From an uncultured delta proteobacterium (lineage in GTDB: Bacteria > Desulfobacterota > Desulfobacteria > Desulfobacterales > Desulfosalsimonadaceae): 64,000 bases of DNA. Of this stretch, positions 60,181 to 64,000 are shown in pieces (within the stretch, counting starts at the first letter, position 1; the number at the start of each line of letters is the position of its first letter). A model generated the notes under the pieces. It worked only from the letters and a program-made list of their open reading frames with translations. It was not told the DNA's origin and ran no database searches. The stretch spans positions 320,001 to 384,000 of the forward strand of contig CAWGYD010000001.1 in NCBI GenBank assembly GCA_963826785.1, given 5' to 3'. Both the position numbers and the translations under genes were made by a program.

Positions 60181-60867
60181 CTATTTGTCGAGTTCCACTA
60201 CATCGGATCCCGGGGGGATTTGGAACTCGAACAGGCTCTGGGCCAGGTTATCGGAAAATTTAAGGTTGGAAAACCGCAGTTTGGTTTCATCGCCATAGGC
60301 GTTTTTCGTAATCACCTGGAGGATGTCAAACGTCTGCCTGTCGATATTGACGATGATGGCGCTCAGATCAAGCTGCTGTTCCCGGGGGACCAGCTTGAGG
60401 GTGTACACGCCGTCTCCTGCAGGCGGCTCCCGGGTCACCGTGAACATTTCTTTGAGCAGGCTCATGTTGGAGAGAAAGCTTGCGCCCTTGCCGTTGCCGA
60501 AGTAGGCGGAGGCATCCCCCACCACCACCTGGTTGTCCACCGGCCGGTAGATCCACAGGGTTTTTCCGTCGGTGATAATCGCGTGTTTCTCCGGAGTTTC
60601 ATATTCCCAGCGCATCATGCCGGGATGCTTGAACCATGCTTTTCCGGTGGCCGTATCCGTGATGTCCATGGCCTGGAGCGTCGATTCCTGGGAAAAATCT
60701 GCGGAAAAATCTTTGCCCGTATAGCGGTTTTCGAGCCGGGCGATGATTTCCGGGGTGGACAAGCCGGCTGCCGGGGATTGATCTCTTTGTGTTGCGTCCT
60801 GTGCAAAACCGGCTGCGGGCAGGACGGTAATGATGAGCAAAATATAAAATATTCTAAGCATTTGCAA
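60181..60867 (-). CDS. lolA: Outer membrane lipoprotein carrier LolA family protein
   Basis: Signal peptide, ADF.Q, G..WFK.PG.MRWEY, ITDGKTLWIY and F.F.IPPG.DV. Confidence 0.88.
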   Translation of the reverse strand: MQMLRIFYILLIITVLPAAGFAQDATQRDQSPAAGLSTPEIIARLENRYTGKDFSADFSQESTLQAMDITDTATGKAWFKHPGMMRWEYETPEKHAIITDGKTLWIYRPVDNQVVVGDASAYFGNGKGASFLSNMSLLKEMFTVTREPPAGDGVYTLKLVPREQQLDLSAIIVNIDRQTFDILQVITKNAYGDETKLRFSNLKFSDNLAQSLFEFQIPPGSDVVELDK

Positions 60868-61098
60868 TATTTCCTTGGGGTCGTTTTTTTGCGTAAAATA
60901 CCAAATATCCCTACCATATAATGTTCGGTGTGTAAAATAAATGTTGTCCGATTGAAAATCGCTTTTTTTTCAAACGAAAACGCGTTTGAGGCAATTCTGC
61001 AAATCAACAGGGATACGCGATTTATCCTATGGTTCTTTACGGGGCGATGATCTGAAGTTTCGCCCGAGTCGATAAATCATTTTTTATTGGTCCGCGAC

Positions 61099-61112
61099 TG
61101 AATGGTTATTCA
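61099..61112. promoter_or_regulatory. Palindromic operator candidate upstream of the beta-oxidation operon
   Basis: TGAAT-GGTT-ATTCA, followed by TTGACA (61187-61192) and TG-T-TAAGAG (-10-like, 61211-61216). Confidence 0.45.
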
Positions 61113-61284
61113 TTGGAATCTACCGGGTTTGCGATAAGTTTCGGAATTTATAATTAAATGTCGGGTCTTTACGATCGAGTTTTTTCTTGACACCGAAAAA
61201 AGCACTCTGTTAAGAGTAATCTTTTGCCTTTTTTGAGGGGTTTGTGGCATTTTTGCTAAACACTATATATCTCAGGAGGTCATT

Positions 61285-63693
61285 ATGCAAAGAAGAATCA
61301 GGAAGGTAGCCGTCATCGGTTCCGGTATCATGGGCGGGGGGATCGCTGCCCTTCTTGCCAGTGCCGGAGTGGAAGTCCTGCTGTTGGACATCGTACCATT
61401 CGATTTAAAGGAAGAGGAAAAAAACAATCCGAAGGCCAGAAACCGGATCGTTCAGGGCGGCCTGGATGCCACCGTTAAATCAAAACCGCCGCTGTTCATG
61501 GACAAAAAAAATGATCTGGCCCTGGTATCCACCGGCAACCTGGAAGACGACATCGACAAACTGTCCGACTGCGACTGGATCGTCGAGGTGGTGGTGGAGA
61601 ACCTGAATATCAAGAAAAACCTGTTCAAGAAGATCGAAGGCGTCCGGAAAAAGGGAACCATTGTCAGCTCAAACACCTCCGGTATTCCGCTCAAAGACAT
61701 GTCGGCCGATTTGAACCCGGAAATGCGGCAGCACTTCCTGGGCACCCATTTTTTCAATCCCGTCCGCTACATGCATCTCCTCGAGATCATCGCCGGTGAG
61801 GAAACCCTGCCGGAAGTTTTAGATTTCATGGCCGATTTTGGTGAAAAAATGCTTGGCAAGGGAATCGTCTGGGCAAAAGACACCCCCAACTTCATCGGCA
61901 ACCGCATCGGCGTCCAGGGCATCGGCATGGCCATGCAGGCCATGCTGGAGCATGACATGACCATCCCGGAAGTGGATGCCCTGTTCGGTCCTCCCATGGG
62001 CCGGCCCAAGACCGCAATTTTCAAGACCTCCGACCTGGTGGGTCTGGACACCATGAAGCACGTGTCCGACAACTGCTATGAGTTGTGCCCCAATGATGAA
62101 ATGCGCGACACCATGAAAGTGCCGGATTTTGTCAACAAGATGGTGGAAAACAAGCAGCTGGGAAACAAGACCAAGGGCGGTTTTTACAAGAAGGAGCTGA
62201 CCCCGGAATGGAAGCAGATCCGCAAGGTCATCAATCCCAAGACCGGCGAATATGAGGAATACGGCAAGCCCGATTTCCCCTGCCTCGCCGAAGCCAAAAA
62301 AGCCGCCACCCTGCCTGAAAAAATGAAGGCCATCGTCTACGGTGACGACAAGGGTGCCAAGTACGCCTGGGATGTGGTGGCCAACGGCATGATCTACTCC
62401 GCCAACCGGATTCCCGAAATCTCCGACACCATCGTGGACATCGACAATGCCATGAAGTGGGGCTACAACTGGGAACTGGGCCCGTTTGAATCCTGGGATG
62501 CCATCGGCGTGAAAAAATCCGTGGAGAAAATGGAGAAAGACGGCCGCAACGTTCCGGAAAAGGTCAAGAAGATGCTGGCCTCCGGCAATGAAACCTTCTA
62601 CAAGCTGGAAGGCAGCCAGCGCATGTTCTATGATTTCGCCTCCGGTTCCTACAAACCCGTGCCCACCAATGCCAAGCAGATCATCCTGGCCGACCTGAAG
62701 GCCGACAACAAGGTGGTCAAATCCGTTCCCTCCTGCTCGCTCATCGACCTGGGTGACGGCGTGTTCGACCTGGAATTCCATTCCAAGATGAACGCCATCA
62801 ACAAGGAAATGGTCGATTTCATGATGGAAGCCGGTGAATACGTCCTGGAAAACGGCGTCGGCATGGTGATCGGCAACCAGGCTTCGGGCATGCCCGCACC
62901 GTTCTCCGCGGGCGGCGATCTTGCCTACATGCTGGGCCTGGCCAAGGCCGGCAAATTTTCCGAAATCGATGATTTCATCAAGAACGTGCACAAGGGCATC
63001 ATGGGCACCAAGTATGCACCGTACCCGGTGGTGGCGGCCCCCTACGGCCTGGCCCTGGGCGGCGGATGCGAAGTCTGCCTGGCAGCCGACAAGATCGTGG
63101 CCCACGCGGACCTGTTCATGGGGCTGGTGGAAATCGGCGCGGGTCTGGTCCCCGGCGGCTGCGGCATGATCAACCTGTGGCAGAATTACGTCAATGCGAA
63201 GCCGGAAGCGGCCAGCCTGACCGACCTGGGCGGCTTCTTTATCCAGGCTTTCATGAACGTGGCCCAGGCCAAGGTGTCCAATTCCGCGGCGGACGCCCGG
63301 AACAAGGGCTTCCTGCGGGCAACGGACCGGATCGTGTACAACCGGGATTTCCTCATCGGCGAAGCCAAGAAGGAAGTCTTGAAGATGGTGGACGACGGTT
63401 ATGTCGCGCCCCGGAAGAAGGATGTCACCGTATTCGGCCGGGAAGCGCACGGCATGCTGTGGGCTGAGATGCTCAACATGAAATCCGGCGGCTACATCAC
63501 TCCGCACATGGAATTCATCGCCAAGAAGGCGGCATTCTGCATGTCCGGCGGCGATGTGCCTTCAGGGACCAAGGTCAGTGAAGATTACCTGCAGACGCTG
63601 GAAAGAGAAGCGTTTGTGGATTTGTGGAAGACTGAAAACACCCAGAAGATGGCCGAGAGCATGATGACCACCGGCAAGCCGTTGTTCCTTTAA
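61285..63693 (+). CDS. fadN: 3-hydroxyacyl-CoA dehydrogenase / enoyl-CoA hydratase fusion (FadN-type)
   Basis: GSGIMGGGIA, SSNTSGIP, THFFNPVRYM.LLE, DTPNFIGNRIG and LGGGCE...GLVE.G.GL.PGG. Confidence 0.92.
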   Translation: MQRRIRKVAVIGSGIMGGGIAALLASAGVEVLLLDIVPFDLKEEEKNNPKARNRIVQGGLDATVKSKPPLFMDKKNDLALVSTGNLEDDIDKLSDCDWIVEVVVENLNIKKNLFKKIEGVRKKGTIVSSNTSGIPLKDMSADLNPEMRQHFLGTHFFNPVRYMHLLEIIAGEETLPEVLDFMADFGEKMLGKGIVWAKDTPNFIGNRIGVQGIGMAMQAMLEHDMTIPEVDALFGPPMGRPKTAIFKTSDLVGLDTMKHVSDNCYELCPNDEMRDTMKVPDFVNKMVENKQLGNKTKGGFYKKELTPEWKQIRKVINPKTGEYEEYGKPDFPCLAEAKKAATLPEKMKAIVYGDDKGAKYAWDVVANGMIYSANRIPEISDTIVDIDNAMKWGYNWELGPFESWDAIGVKKSVEKMEKDGRNVPEKVKKMLASGNETFYKLEGSQRMFYDFASGSYKPVPTNAKQIILADLKADNKVVKSVPSCSLIDLGDGVFDLEFHSKMNAINKEMVDFMMEAGEYVLENGVGMVIGNQASGMPAPFSAGGDLAYMLGLAKAGKFSEIDDFIKNVHKGIMGTKYAPYPVVAAPYGLALGGGCEVCLAADKIVAHADLFMGLVEIGAGLVPGGCGMINLWQNYVNAKPEAASLTDLGGFFIQAFMNVAQAKVSNSAADARNKGFLRATDRIVYNRDFLIGEAKKEVLKMVDDGYVAPRKKDVTVFGREAHGMLWAEMLNMKSGGYITPHMEFIAKKAAFCMSGGDVPSGTKVSEDYLQTLEREAFVDLWKTENTQKMAESMMTTGKPLFL

Positions 63694-63730
63694 TGTTCGT
63701 ATACATAAATTATTTCAGGAGGAAACACTC

Positions 63731-64000
63731 ATGAGAGAAGCATATATCGTTAGCGCCGTTCGTACCCCCGGCTGCAGGAGAAACAAAGGAGCACTGGCGC
63801 AGACCCGGCCGGAAGACCTGCTGGTCACCGCCTTGAACGGCGTCATGGACCGTGTACAGGGCGTGGAAAAAGGCGCCGTGGAAGACCTGATGATCGGATG
63901 CGCCTTTCCGGAAGCGGAGCAGGGGCTCAACATCGGCCGGATCGCCGCCCAGATGGCGGGATTCCCGGATGACACCTGCGGCGCCACGGTCAACCGGTTC
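63731..64000 (+). CDS. fadA: Acetyl-CoA C-acyltransferase (thiolase), 5' part, truncated by window end
   Basis: MREAYIVSAVRTP...TRPEDL...GCAFPEAEQGLNIGR...TVNRF. RBS AGGAGG. Confidence 0.9.
   Translation, partial: MREAYIVSAVRTPGCRRNKGALAQTRPEDLLVTALNGVMDRVQGVEKGAVEDLMIGCAFPEAEQGLNIGRIAAQMAGFPDDTCGATVNRF

Overview
The window is about 64 kb of GC-rich bacterial DNA, probably from an anaerobic Desulfobacterota (Desulfobacterales-like) genome. That placement is inferred from a GGGGGGCFI C-terminal tail, octamer tandem repeats, Vor-type oxoacid:ferredoxin oxidoreductase and the fatty-acid catabolism genes. (1) 100-1050 is a repeat-rich intergenic stretch holding copies of a 165-190 bp palindromic element and a G/C-run REP-like repeat that recurs at 32.6 kb. 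(2) 1119-12838 (-) is a tightly coupled 11-gene inositol cluster: CDP-alcohol phosphotransferase, two flippase-like LPG-synthase-TM proteins, radical SAM, inositol-3-phosphate synthase, HAD phosphatase, NTP transferase, an ITPK1-like ATP-grasp protein, class III aminotransferase, Gfo/Idh/MocA dehydrogenase and TolC. This is the best candidate for an undescribed system, possibly making a phospho- or amino-inositol lipid. (3) An M16 peptidase, uup and a pseudouridine synthase follow. (4) A FabR-like regulator lies downstream of two acyltransferases that have a matching FabR box upstream. (5) A stand-alone propeptide lipoprotein precedes a large surface M4 protease. (6) HD-GYP, menA, a CPBP protease, ADP-ribosylglycohydrolase, acyl-CoA ligases with a Liv-type ABC transporter, satP, vor genes and SDRs follow. 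(7) An AT-richer region lies at the 3' end of tRNA-Glu(CTC), including a 1 kb hicBA islet bounded by a degenerate duplicate of the tRNA 3' end. (8) The rest is housekeeping (mltB, PHP phosphatase, radA, rlmE, yebC, nadA, lolA, fadN, thiolase). About nine single-base frameshifts in otherwise intact genes are most likely sequencing or assembly errors. All calls come from reading motifs; no database searches were run.
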